64,000 bases of DNA from NCBI GenBank assembly GCA_035314425.1, contig DATFZN010000114.1, positions 4,232 to 68,231 of the forward strand, read 5' to 3'. Below the pieces are notes generated by a model. The model had not been told where the DNA came from and ran no database searches. It saw only the letters and a list, made by a program, of their open reading frames with translations. This DNA is from Candidatus Acidiferrum sp. Its GTDB lineage: Bacteria; Acidobacteriota; Terriglobia; Acidiferrales; UBA7541. Numbering within the stretch: the first letter of the stretch is position 1; the number at the start of each line of letters is the position of its first letter. Below, piece by piece: positions 37,472-46,517 of the stretch. Position numbers and translations under genes: made by a program.

Positions 37472-39561
37472 GCGATGGCTCCAAGTGGAATGGCACGAGA
37501 CAATCTCGAAAGAATTGCCGGAACGCTCAGAATCAAAACGACCGTGCCGTCGCCGAGGATCGAAGCACCACTGACGAGGTCGCTCGAGACGATTTCCCCT
37601 GGTAGAGCTTTTATGACCAATTCTTCTTCTCCAACCATGGTGTCGACCAGCAGGCCAAACCGTTTTTCAGCAATTCCAATCACAATTACAAAGCTTTTTT
37701 TCTTTAAAAGACTGCTCGGCTCGACAGAATGGATCCCTTTGATGGAGTTCAACCGGACGAGTGTCAAGATCTGGTCCCGTAGACGGAGGACTTCCCGCTG
37801 GTCGACACGCTGAATCTCTTGATCAGAGATGCGCGTGATTTCCACGACCGCGGAAAGCGGTACGGCAAATAATCGCCCGCCCACTCGAAACAAAAGAGTC
37901 TGAATGCTGGCAAGGGTCAAGGGGACGCGTAGAAGCATGGTCGTTCCCTTTTTTTTCGAGCTGGAAACGTGGACTGTACCCTTCAGCCGATCGAGAACGG
38001 TCCGGACCACGTCCATGCCAACGCCGCGGCCGGAGATTTCGGTGATTTCACTTGCGGTGCTGAAGCCGGATTCGAAGATGAGATTCAAAACGTCTGGCTC
38101 AGTTAAACGGTCGGCATCTTCTTTTTTGATCAGCCCACTGCGAACGGCCTGGGCCCGGATGAGATCGAGGTCAATCCCGCGACCATCGTCACGGACTTCA
38201 ATGACAACTTGGGTTCCTTGATGATACGCGTTCAGGTAAACAGTGCCGCGTGCGGGCTTGCCCGCGTTCAGGCGCTCCTCGGCAGGTTCGATGCCGTGGT
38301 CGACTGCGTTGCGGACGAGGTGAGTCAGTGGCTCTGCAAGAGCATCCAAAATGCTTTTGTCGAGGTCGGTATGTTCGCCTGCAACCTCGAGCGCGATATC
38401 TTTGCCGCAAAGTTTTGCGACATCTCGAACCACTCGTGGGAAGCGTCGGAACAACTGTTCGACTGGAACCATACGAATCTTCAAGACGCATTTGTGCAAT
38501 TCATCGAGAATGCGCGATTGGAAAGCCAGTGTTTCAGCCAACTTTGCGCGAACCGGATCGCGTGCGTGGTCTACATCAAATTCGGCAAGGGTCCGGTTGA
38601 GCATGGATTTGCCGATGATGAGTTCGCCGACGAGGTTCATCACGGCATCGATGCGAGAGGAATCGACGCGCAGTGAACTCTCGGCAAGTGCCGCGACAGC
38701 GGAAGAACCAGACTGACCCTTGGCTTCAATTGCCGCAGAGTCTGACCTGGTAGCGTGTTCCACAGCTTGTGCTTCCAGAATATCTCCCAAAAGCTGATGT
38801 TCGGCGCCTTCATCCTGAGCGGCATTCTCGATTCGGACATCGGAGACGATCGAGGGGATACGGCAGCGATGCGAAACGTGGTCCATGGGATGAGTACTGG
38901 CAACGGCTGCTTCGACAATGTCGACTTGGGAGGCAGCGAGGTTGTCCTCTGGGCGGAGGGCGATGACCGTGCCACAAGCGTGAAGTACATTGCGAACGAG
39001 TTGAAATGCCGCAGCTCGCATGGCGCTGTCCGGGTCGATGCGCAATGCAATGTTGTAAACGCTACTCCCGTTCAGCCGGGCTTCAGAGATCATCAGCCGT
39101 TCGTACTCGCTCCATTGAAACTCCGCAGGGACCATGCCCATTTGCCGATTGGGCTTTACACATTTTTCTGCAGGGGACTCGAGAAGCCCGTGAATCAGAA
39201 GCCGTAAGGCTGCCGGCGCTGGGGGTTCGATTTGCCGCTGGTAGCAGCTCAACATATTTTCAAAGGTGTCGACGGAAGAAAGGATAGCTTCAGCGAGTTG
39301 TACACCCTGCGACTGGCTAATCTGCAGGGTCAAGACATCCTCAAGTTCATGAGCAATTTCACTCAATTTGCTAAAGCCACATGCGGCGGAGTCACCTTTT
39401 AGAGTGTGAATTGCACGGCGCAGGCTACGCAAAAGCTCCTCATCGGCGGGATGCTTCTCGAGTCTTAAACCAGAATCATTGATGGTCTGCAGAAGTTCCG
39501 ACGCACTCTCAAAAAAGAGCGCGCGAAGCTCCGAATTCCGTTCATCGGGCAGGAAACTCAA
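37468..39561 (-). CDS. cheA: Chemotaxis histidine kinase CheA (Hpt-dimerisation-HATPase-CheW)
   Basis: Hpt AIHTLKGDSA; HLVRNAVDHGIE, DDGRGID and GRGVGMDVV; C-terminal CheW-like domain. Confidence 0.95.
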   Translation of the reverse strand: MSFLPDERNSELRALFFESASELLQTINDSGLRLEKHPADEELLRSLRRAIHTLKGDSAACGFSKLSEIAHELEDVLTLQISQSQGVQLAEAILSSVDTFENMLSCYQRQIEPPAPAALRLLIHGLLESPAEKCVKPNRQMGMVPAEFQWSEYERLMISEARLNGSSVYNIALRIDPDSAMRAAAFQLVRNVLHACGTVIALRPEDNLAASQVDIVEAAVASTHPMDHVSHRCRIPSIVSDVRIENAAQDEGAEHQLLGDILEAQAVEHATRSDSAAIEAKGQSGSSAVAALAESSLRVDSSRIDAVMNLVGELIIGKSMLNRTLAEFDVDHARDPVRAKLAETLAFQSRILDELHKCVLKIRMVPVEQLFRRFPRVVRDVAKLCGKDIALEVAGEHTDLDKSILDALAEPLTHLVRNAVDHGIEPAEERLNAGKPARGTVYLNAYHQGTQVVIEVRDDGRGIDLDLIRAQAVRSGLIKKEDADRLTEPDVLNLIFESGFSTASEITEISGRGVGMDVVRTVLDRLKGTVHVSSSKKKGTTMLLRVPLTLASIQTLLFRVGGRLFAVPLSAVVEITRISDQEIQRVDQREVLRLRDQILTLVRLNSIKGIHSVEPSSLLKKKSFVIVIGIAEKRFGLLVDTMVGEEELVIKALPGEIVSSDLVSGASILGDGTVVLILSVPAILSRLSRAIPLGAIA

Positions 39562-40463
39562 GAATTATCCTCGATTCGCTTATAGGCAGTGCCGTTATTT
39601 TCGTGAACCATCTTGAATTTCTGGGTCAATCCGAAAAGGCTCTCGGCGTGGCCGACGAATAAGTAGCCACCCGGATTCAAGCAATGCCAGAACTTTTCGA
39701 TCAAACGCTTTTGTTCTGCTTCATCGAAATAGATCATGACGTTGCGGCAAAGGATGATGTCGTTGCGGCGGGGCAAAAACTCGGTCTTGAGATTATGGAA
39801 GTCGAATTGGACCAAATCCTTGAGCTGTTTCTTTACCGCGTACCTATCGCTGGACTTTTCGAAATAGCGCAGACGAGTGGTGTAATCCACTGGTTCCATC
39901 TGAATTTCTGTATAAAGACCTTCCTGACCAGTGCGCAAGCTTGCGTAGCTGATGTCGGAGGCGACAATTTCCAGCTTCCAAGGAGGCGGAATCATCGGCT
40001 TCGGCGAAGGCATCTCGAACGGCAATGGATTCCGCAGGTAGTAGTACGCCAACGCATCGCAAATCAGAATGGCCACGGAATATGGTTCCTGGCCTGCAGA
40101 ACAACCCGCGCTCCAAACCCGCAAATTCCAGTCGCGCCGTTCTTGTTTACGGTGAAGAATTTCTTCCAAAACATTCTTTTGCAGGAGATCGAGTTGCGGA
40201 CGATTGCGAAAAAAACTGGTTTCGTTAACAGTTAAATTTTCAAGCAGAAGGGCGAGTTCGGCTCTTCCCTCGCGACTGGTCAAAAGGCGGTAATAGCTGT
40301 AAAAGGACTCGATTTGACACGCCTTCAGTCTCCGCTGCAGGCGGTCTTTCAGGAAGTGCGAGCGGCGTTCATCGAAATACATGCCGCATTCCTGATAGAC
40401 GAGGGTCTGGAGGAGTTTTAGTTCTGCTTCAGTAAGCTGAACCTGCGCAGTGATCGTTCCCAT
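39558..40463 (-). CDS. cheR: Chemotaxis methyltransferase CheR
   Basis: N-terminal helical CheR domain, ETSFFRN, and SAM-binding VWSAGCSAGQEPYS. Confidence 0.95.
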   Translation of the reverse strand: MGTITAQVQLTEAELKLLQTLVYQECGMYFDERRSHFLKDRLQRRLKACQIESFYSYYRLLTSREGRAELALLLENLTVNETSFFRNRPQLDLLQKNVLEEILHRKQERRDWNLRVWSAGCSAGQEPYSVAILICDALAYYYLRNPLPFEMPSPKPMIPPPWKLEIVASDISYASLRTGQEGLYTEIQMEPVDYTTRLRYFEKSSDRYAVKKQLKDLVQFDFHNLKTEFLPRRNDIILCRNVMIYFDEAEQKRLIEKFWHCLNPGGYLFVGHAESLFGLTQKFKMVHENNGTAYKRIEDNS

Positions 40464-40517
40464 AATGTAGGTGCGTCGAGCCTTTCGAACGGTAACATTT
40501 CCAAGATTTTTGGAAAT

Positions 40518-41003
40518 CTATGTCGGAATTGCGACCGGCTCCGCGGCCTCCTCGAGCTTCTTGAATTCCGGTTGACGCAGAAGACGCGGAATATCCAAGA
40601 TGATGACCAGCCGGCCTTTTAACTTTCCGACTCCGGTGACGTAGCTGGACTCACCCTCCGCGAAAACGGTACCCGGTGCTTCGATTTCCGAGGGTGGAAT
40701 TTTCAAAACCTCCGAAGCGGAGCTAACGATCAGGCCCAGAAGTTTATTCCCCAATTCCACAACCAGAATTCGATTTCGCTTATCGCTTTTGACATCTTTG
40801 TCGCCAAACCGCTTACGCAGATCCATAACCGGAATAATCTTCCCGCGAAGATTGATCACCCCTTCGATGGCTTCAGGTGCATTGGGCACCGAAGTAATTT
40901 CCGGGACGCGGACAATTTCCCGCACGGAAGCGATACGCACCCCGTACGTTTCATTGCCGATCCGAAATCCGACTACTTGATGGTCTTTCTCCATGGTTCG
41001 CAC
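40518..41003 (-). CDS. cheW: CheW coupling protein
   Basis: Motifs ..VVGFRIGNETYGVRIASVREIV.. and INLRGKIIPVMDLR. 161 aa. Confidence 0.9.
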   Translation of the reverse strand: MRTMEKDHQVVGFRIGNETYGVRIASVREIVRVPEITSVPNAPEAIEGVINLRGKIIPVMDLRKRFGDKDVKSDKRNRILVVELGNKLLGLIVSSASEVLKIPPSEIEAPGTVFAEGESSYVTGVGKLKGRLVIILDIPRLLRQPEFKKLEEAAEPVAIPT

Positions 41004-41009
41004 TGTTTC

Positions 41010-43019
41010 TTAGGACTGGCTCACTTCGGCGTATTCGAATTCATTTGCACCAGACTGTGAAGAGCGACGATGGCTAGGGATTGCGTCGCGACGATGGCGA
41101 ACTTGCCCGGCGCGATCGATGACAAACTGGTCCATATTGTCCAGAAGATTTCTGGAAAGCTTCAACATTTGCTCGGCGGCAGCCGAAAGCTCCGTTGAAC
41201 TGGAAGCCGATTGCTGAACGAGTTCACGCATCTTGTCCATGGCGCGGACAACGGCTTGCGCACCGGAAGCCTGCTCTTCAACCGCGGAACTGATCTCCTG
41301 GGTAATTTCGGTGAGGCGATTGGTCGCCTTGGCAATCTGCGAAGAACCCACAGACTGCTCGTTGGTGGCTGCGCCGATTTCCTGAGAAAACTTGTAGACC
41401 TCCGTAACCACATCAGAGATTTTGTGGAGTGCCGTGCCCAGGTCATTTCCAAAGCCCAAACCTTCTTCCACGATCCGCGTACTCTGTTCCATGTTTTCGA
41501 CCGCCTGACGAGCCTCGCGCTGAATGCTCTGAATCAGGTCCGCGATTTCTTTCGTTGATTGTGTGGACTTTTCCGCTAGTTTCCGAACTTCGTCGGCGAC
41601 GACGGCAAATCCGAGTCCATGTTCGCCGGCGCGGGCGGCTTCGATCGCAGCGTTCAACGCCAGAAGATTGGTTTGTTCGGCAAGGTCATCGATGACTTCA
41701 ATGATTTTTCCGATGTCATCGGCGCGGTGACCAAGAATATTGATGATTTCCGCGGAAGACTGGATGGAACGGTTAGTGCGATTCAAGCCATCGGTGGTCT
41801 TCTCCATGGTGGCAATGCCAGTGACCACCTCTTCTCTCGAACGGTTCGCGATATCCAGAAGAACTTTGGCGGTATCTGCAACGCGCTGGATCGAAGTGAC
41901 CATCTGATCGATGGAAGCCGAGGTTTCTGCAACGCTGCTAGCCTGCACCTGCGTGTTCTTCACGACGTTTTGAACGTTTACGCTCATCTCATGCATCGTG
42001 CTGGTCACTTCCTCAATGGCGGAAGAAGCTTGCACGCTGACCTTGGCCGATTCATCGGCAGCGCCGGCGACTTGGTTGGACCCGGCGGATACTTGCGAAG
42101 CGCCGTCGCGGGTGGAGCGAACAATCTGTTGGAGTCCATGCGACATGCGCGCGAACGCGTTGCCGAGCGTGTCGCGCTTGGATCGCGGAGCGACTTCGAT
42201 GGTCAAATCGCCTTCGGCAACCGCCATGGAAACGGTGGCCATTTCCTTCAGATACGCGACCATGTTGTTGAAAGTGGTGGCCAGCGCGCCGATTTCGTCG
42301 TTGCGATGGATATCAATGTTCTGGTCCAGGTCCCCGGCATCGCCAATCTCGCGGGCCACAGCAATCAAATGCTGGAGAGGTTCGGTGATGGATTTTGCCG
42401 TGCGCACTGCGGTGATGCCGATGAATATCATGGCGCAAAGTGTTCCCACGAGGATAAAGATCAAACTGACGGTGCTGGCGCGGCGGGCCGCATCCTGAGA
42501 ATCGCTGAGGGCTTTACTCATGTCCGTATTGGCCTGATCGAGAACTGTGGAAGACTTGGTGAGCCAGGAAGACGGATCTTTCTGAAGATAGAAAATCTGT
42601 AGATCAGAAACGGTGGCATCGCCAGAATCAACTTGGTGCCGCTTGGCAAGCAGAGGTTTCGCAAAATTATCTGCCCAATTGGCTTCGGTGCTCTCGACCT
42701 GAATCAGAGCAGTGCGTAGAAAGTCGTTGTTTGTCTGCGACTGGGCACGCTTGACCAAATCACTCAGTTCGGAGAATCCGCGGTTAACTTTTTCTTCGTC
42801 GCGTGGATCGCCGCTCAGTAGAAAATTATTCAGGTTCAAGCGGTTGATCATGATCTGATAACGCGCCGCTTCTGCGGTGCGCACACTCTCAAGTGTGGAT
42901 GCGGCTTCAGCACTGGCCGACCGCGCTTTCCAAATGGTGGCGAGGTCAACCATCAAGAGAATGGCGAGAATCGCCAGGATCGCCCCGAAACTTCGATATA
43001 GTCGATTTCCGATCGTCAT
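41010..43019 (-). CDS. Methyl-accepting chemotaxis protein with CHASE3-like periplasmic domain and HAMP
   Basis: Conserved hairpin [36 protein letters not shown]. Two TM segments bracket an approximately 170-aa domain with NNFLLSGDPRDEEKV (CHASE3-like). ATG 43019 is preceded by GGAGGAAG. Confidence 0.9.
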   Translation of the reverse strand: MTIGNRLYRSFGAILAILAILLMVDLATIWKARSASAEAASTLESVRTAEAARYQIMINRLNLNNFLLSGDPRDEEKVNRGFSELSDLVKRAQSQTNNDFLRTALIQVESTEANWADNFAKPLLAKRHQVDSGDATVSDLQIFYLQKDPSSWLTKSSTVLDQANTDMSKALSDSQDAARRASTVSLIFILVGTLCAMIFIGITAVRTAKSITEPLQHLIAVAREIGDAGDLDQNIDIHRNDEIGALATTFNNMVAYLKEMATVSMAVAEGDLTIEVAPRSKRDTLGNAFARMSHGLQQIVRSTRDGASQVSAGSNQVAGAADESAKVSVQASSAIEEVTSTMHEMSVNVQNVVKNTQVQASSVAETSASIDQMVTSIQRVADTAKVLLDIANRSREEVVTGIATMEKTTDGLNRTNRSIQSSAEIINILGHRADDIGKIIEVIDDLAEQTNLLALNAAIEAARAGEHGLGFAVVADEVRKLAEKSTQSTKEIADLIQSIQREARQAVENMEQSTRIVEEGLGFGNDLGTALHKISDVVTEVYKFSQEIGAATNEQSVGSSQIAKATNRLTEITQEISSAVEEQASGAQAVVRAMDKMRELVQQSASSSTELSAAAEQMLKLSRNLLDNMDQFVIDRAGQVRHRRDAIPSHRRSSQSGANEFEYAEVSQS

Positions 43020-43098
43020 TGCGTCACTTCCTCCACTCCGCCAACCGCGCTTCGAGGCCGTGCTTCGCTCATCGGCAGCGCAAAACAAACAAATCTAA

Positions 43099-43407
43099 CT
43101 ATTGACCGAAATTGAATTCGATCAGTTGCGAGGTTTCTTCAGGCGCAGCGTCAAATCGCCATTCCTTAACCGCTTCCAAGCACGGCTGAACCAGGACGGG
43201 AGAGCCGCCAACAGCGCGAACACTTTTAACGTGACCGTCCGGAGCGATCACGGCTTCCACCTTGACCTTCCCGGTAATATTCATCTTGCGAGCCAGATCC
43301 GGGTAAACGGGAGTGACTTTCGTTTTCGCCTTGCGCCTGCCTTCTTCGGCTTGCTGAGCACTGGCTAAAGATCCCGCCAAAACAAATATTGCTGCTCCCG
43401 TAACCAT
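43099..43407 (-). CDS. Small secreted TonB C-terminal-domain protein
   Basis: Signal peptide MVTGAAIFVLAGSLASAQQ, then PVYPDLARKMNITGKVKVEAVIAPDGHV..V.. (TonB_C fold). ATG 43407 is preceded by GGAGAAAG. The ORF-track start at 43524 would place the sigma-54 promoter inside the gene. Confidence 0.75.
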   Translation of the reverse strand: MVTGAAIFVLAGSLASAQQAEEGRRKAKTKVTPVYPDLARKMNITGKVKVEAVIAPDGHVKSVRAVGGSPVLVQPCLEAVKEWRFDAAPEETSQLIEFNFGQ

Positions 43408-43479
43408 TTTCTTTCTCCATCGAACACATGTCCGCACTTCGGACCTCCTGGGCGAGGGAAAGTCCCCCACCAAGGAAAA

Positions 43480-43496
43480 GGCAAGTGCAGTGCCAA
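43480..43496 (-). promoter_or_regulatory. Sigma-54 (-24/-12) promoter, near consensus
   Basis: The minus strand reads TTGGCACTGCACTTGCC (TGGCAC-N5-TTGC) with correct GG/GC spacing, about 75 nt upstream of ATG 43407. Confidence 0.7.
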
Positions 43497-43794
43497 GTTC
43501 AGGGGGTTTCTGGAGAAAGTCCAAAGAACCTCGGCGGCGGCCGCAAGCCCCTCAGAGGAATGGGGATATGCTTTCGCAAAGAACGGCGCCGGTCTTTTAT
43601 TTCATGCGCCAACGTCTCAGGTACCCGCCGAAACTACGAAATGGATCTCACGCTGAGACAATTCGCTTCAAACAGGGTTAGCCCCAGGTAACGCATCCGC
43701 CGCAGCCCAAGGATGAGTGATTGACTCAGATTGAGATTGCTCAGTAGCTTTGAAGTGTGCAGTCTTAACTTGAGACAGAGAGACCTTACCCCGT

Positions 43795-46122
43795 ATGCGT
43801 GGACGAAAGACTACAACTTCTCGCCGCAGCTCCGCGGTCCGTGGCCGGACCCATTCCGGCCAGGTTGCATCTGATTACGCACAGGAATTAATGAACCTGG
43901 CGGTTGCCGCGGCAAATTCACGGGAATTGCCAGCGTTTCTTGCTGGATTTGCCTCACGCGCGGCCGAAATGCTGGACGCCCAATGGGTCGGGGTCGGCGA
44001 GATTATTGGCAGCCGAGTTGAACTGTATTCGCCGGTGCAGGAATTCCCGGCTAGCCCGGCGGTATGGGACTGGTTGCTGCTAAATATTCCCTGCAAGCGA
44101 GATAGCCTCGAGGTAGTCACGGTTCCGGCAGGCGCCGGCCACTGCGCGTTCTTTCCGATTTATGCCAGCGACGGCGAATTGATGGGCACGCTCTGCCTGC
44201 TGCGGGCTGAACCGAAGTTTTCGGCCGCGCAGGAGCGCCTCTTGACAGCCCTGGCCAGCCATGCGGCGCTTTCCATGGAGAAGGTGCGGCGCTTTTCGCA
44301 GCTGGAGCGCTCGAAGAAGCAATGGGTCGAAGATATTGATGCGATCAGCGACTATATCGTGGTGCACGACCAAAGCTGGAAAATTGTGCGCACCAACAGG
44401 ACATTGGCGACGCATCTCGGCAGGCCACCCGCGGCACTAGTCGGCGAGCCCATGGCCAACCTCCGGAATATCGCAGAAACGGGCAGCGCGCTACCCTGCC
44501 CTTTTTGCAAGAACACCAAGCAAGCACGAGAAGAATATATCGCCACGGCGGAAGGGCGCACATTTTTGGTTTCCACTTCACGAACGCCGGGAGCGGTCGA
44601 AGAAGAAACACGCACGATTCACGTACTGAAGGACATTACCGATCGCCGGGAAGCAGAGCGCCGCTACCGGGAATTATTCGACAGCATTCAAGAAGGATTG
44701 TTTTTTGCCACGCCGGATGGACAATTCTTGGATGTGAATGATGCCATGGTTCGTATGTTAGGTTACGATTCGCGCGAAGAGTTGTTGCGCGCGGACGTTA
44801 GCCCGCACCTTTATCCCACCGTTGCGGCCAAGGATCGGTTCGTGCGCGCGATTGCCGAGCGAGGTGCGCTGCGCAATTACGAAGAGACCCTCCGCCGAAA
44901 AGACGGCAGCCTGCTGCACACCATGCAGAACATTAGCGCGGTGCGAGATGCCCAGGGAAGAGTGGTGCAAACACGGGGATTGATGCTCGATGTGACAGAA
45001 CAAAAAATGTTTCAGTCGCAACTGCAGCGAGAGCGCGACTTTAACCAGAAAATTCTGAATACCACGCAGAGCATGATTCTGGTGTTGGATACGGCGGGAT
45101 TGATCAGCTACGTGAATAAGCGGTGCTACGAAGCGGGATATAAGGAAGAAGAGCTCATCGGTCACCGGCTCGAGAATTGGATCGACTTCTCGCATCGGAT
45201 TGACTTCGAAGCCGCTTTGCAGACCACGGCACTTGGCCACCAGGTAGAAAATTTGGAATTGCGCGTCGCCCGAAGCGATGGATCGATGGGACATTTTTCG
45301 ATCAGCCTCAGCCCTATGCGCGATGAGTCGAAGCAGGTAAACAGCGTTGTCGTGGTAATGACGGACATCACCGACGCAGCTTTGCTGCAGGCAAAACTCG
45401 CCCATTCCGAAAAGATGGCAACAATTGGGCAATTGGTTTCTGGCGTGGCGCATGAAGTGAACAACCCGCTGGCGGCTATCTTAGGATTTACCGATTTGTT
45501 GCTGGAAAACCCGGAGGTGCCAGAAGCCGCGCGAGAAGATCTGCGGATTATTCTGCAGGAAACTCAGCGCACGAAAGAGATTGTCCAGGATCTTTTGAGT
45601 TTCGCGCGCCAGCGTCCGGCACAGCGCGAAGCGGTCCAAATCAACGCCATTCTCCGACAGACAATCAAGCTCCGGAGTTACGATTTTTCGAGCCACGGGG
45701 TGGAGGTGGTGGAGGAATTTGACGAGAGTATTGCTCCAACACTGGGCGACGGACAACAGCTGCAACAAGTCTTTCTCAATATATTGAACAACGCGTACGA
45801 TGCCATACAAGAGTCCGGAAATCACGGACAGATTCGCATACGGACACGCCGGACACAGGATTCGGTGGAGGTGGCCTTTATCGATAATGGCATTGGCCTT
45901 ACCGAGCCGGAACGGATCTTTGATCCATTTTTCACGACCAAGCAGGTAGGAAAAGGCACTGGCCTCGGGCTGAGCATTTGTTACGGCATTGTGCGGGCCC
46001 ACGGCGGAGAAATTCTTTGTTGGAACAACGCCCAAGATTCTGGAAGCACGTTCGTCGTGCGATTGCCGCAAACCTCCGAATCAGCATTGGCAGCTGCTGC
46101 AGCGAAAGAGGCATCGCGATGA
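43795..46122 (+). CDS. Cytoplasmic sensor histidine kinase (GAF + three PAS-like + HisKA + HATPase)
   Basis: No TM segments. H-box VAHEVNNPL, N-box NILNNAYDA and G-boxes DNGIG / KGTGLGLSICYGIV. PAS-like segments begin near residues 185, 290 and 420. Confidence 0.9.
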   Translation: MRGRKTTTSRRSSAVRGRTHSGQVASDYAQELMNLAVAAANSRELPAFLAGFASRAAEMLDAQWVGVGEIIGSRVELYSPVQEFPASPAVWDWLLLNIPCKRDSLEVVTVPAGAGHCAFFPIYASDGELMGTLCLLRAEPKFSAAQERLLTALASHAALSMEKVRRFSQLERSKKQWVEDIDAISDYIVVHDQSWKIVRTNRTLATHLGRPPAALVGEPMANLRNIAETGSALPCPFCKNTKQAREEYIATAEGRTFLVSTSRTPGAVEEETRTIHVLKDITDRREAERRYRELFDSIQEGLFFATPDGQFLDVNDAMVRMLGYDSREELLRADVSPHLYPTVAAKDRFVRAIAERGALRNYEETLRRKDGSLLHTMQNISAVRDAQGRVVQTRGLMLDVTEQKMFQSQLQRERDFNQKILNTTQSMILVLDTAGLISYVNKRCYEAGYKEEELIGHRLENWIDFSHRIDFEAALQTTALGHQVENLELRVARSDGSMGHFSISLSPMRDESKQVNSVVVVMTDITDAALLQAKLAHSEKMATIGQLVSGVAHEVNNPLAAILGFTDLLLENPEVPEAAREDLRIILQETQRTKEIVQDLLSFARQRPAQREAVQINAILRQTIKLRSYDFSSHGVEVVEEFDESIAPTLGDGQQLQQVFLNILNNAYDAIQESGNHGQIRIRTRRTQDSVEVAFIDNGIGLTEPERIFDPFFTTKQVGKGTGLGLSICYGIVRAHGGEILCWNNAQDSGSTFVVRLPQTSESALAAAAAKEASR

Positions 46123-46517
46123 GCGTTCGAACGGAGACGAAAGTCTTGGCGCCTATTCTGCTCATTGAAGATGAGGATTCTGTGCGCGCGTTTGTGCGCT
46201 CGGCGCTCGAGCGTCGTGGATATTCTGTCGTGCAGGCATCATCGGGCACGCAAGGGGTAGAGCAACTGGCCTCGGCACACTATGCCGGGGTGATTTCCGA
46301 CATTCGCATGCCCGGCAAGGTCAACGGCGCGGATATTCATCAATGGATACAAAAGAATCGACCAGAATTAGCGGAGAGAATCATTTTGATCAGTGGCGAT
46401 ACAGCGAATAGCGAAACGCAGTCATTGCTTCGTGGTAGTTCCACACCTTGCATTGAAAAACCGTTTCGTGTTCAACACTTGATTTCTATCGTGGAGAAGA
46501 CATTCGGAAAACCATGA
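46119..46517 (+). CDS. Single-domain response regulator (canonical receiver)
   Basis: Motifs ILLIEDED, VISDIRMP, LISGD and IEKPF. ATGA overlaps with both neighbouring genes. The ORF-track start at 45978 lies inside the kinase gene. Confidence 0.85.
   Translation: MSVRTETKVLAPILLIEDEDSVRAFVRSALERRGYSVVQASSGTQGVEQLASAHYAGVISDIRMPGKVNGADIHQWIQKNRPELAERIILISGDTANSETQSLLRGSSTPCIEKPFRVQHLISIVEKTFGKP

Noticed and set aside
41619-42602. 327-aa plus-strand ORF
   Set aside because: It is entirely antisense to the MCP gene 41010..43019. Its composition is low-complexity and Gly/Arg/His-rich, as expected for the reverse frame of Ala/Glu/Ser/Thr-rich MCP coding sequence. It has no motifs and no independent start context.
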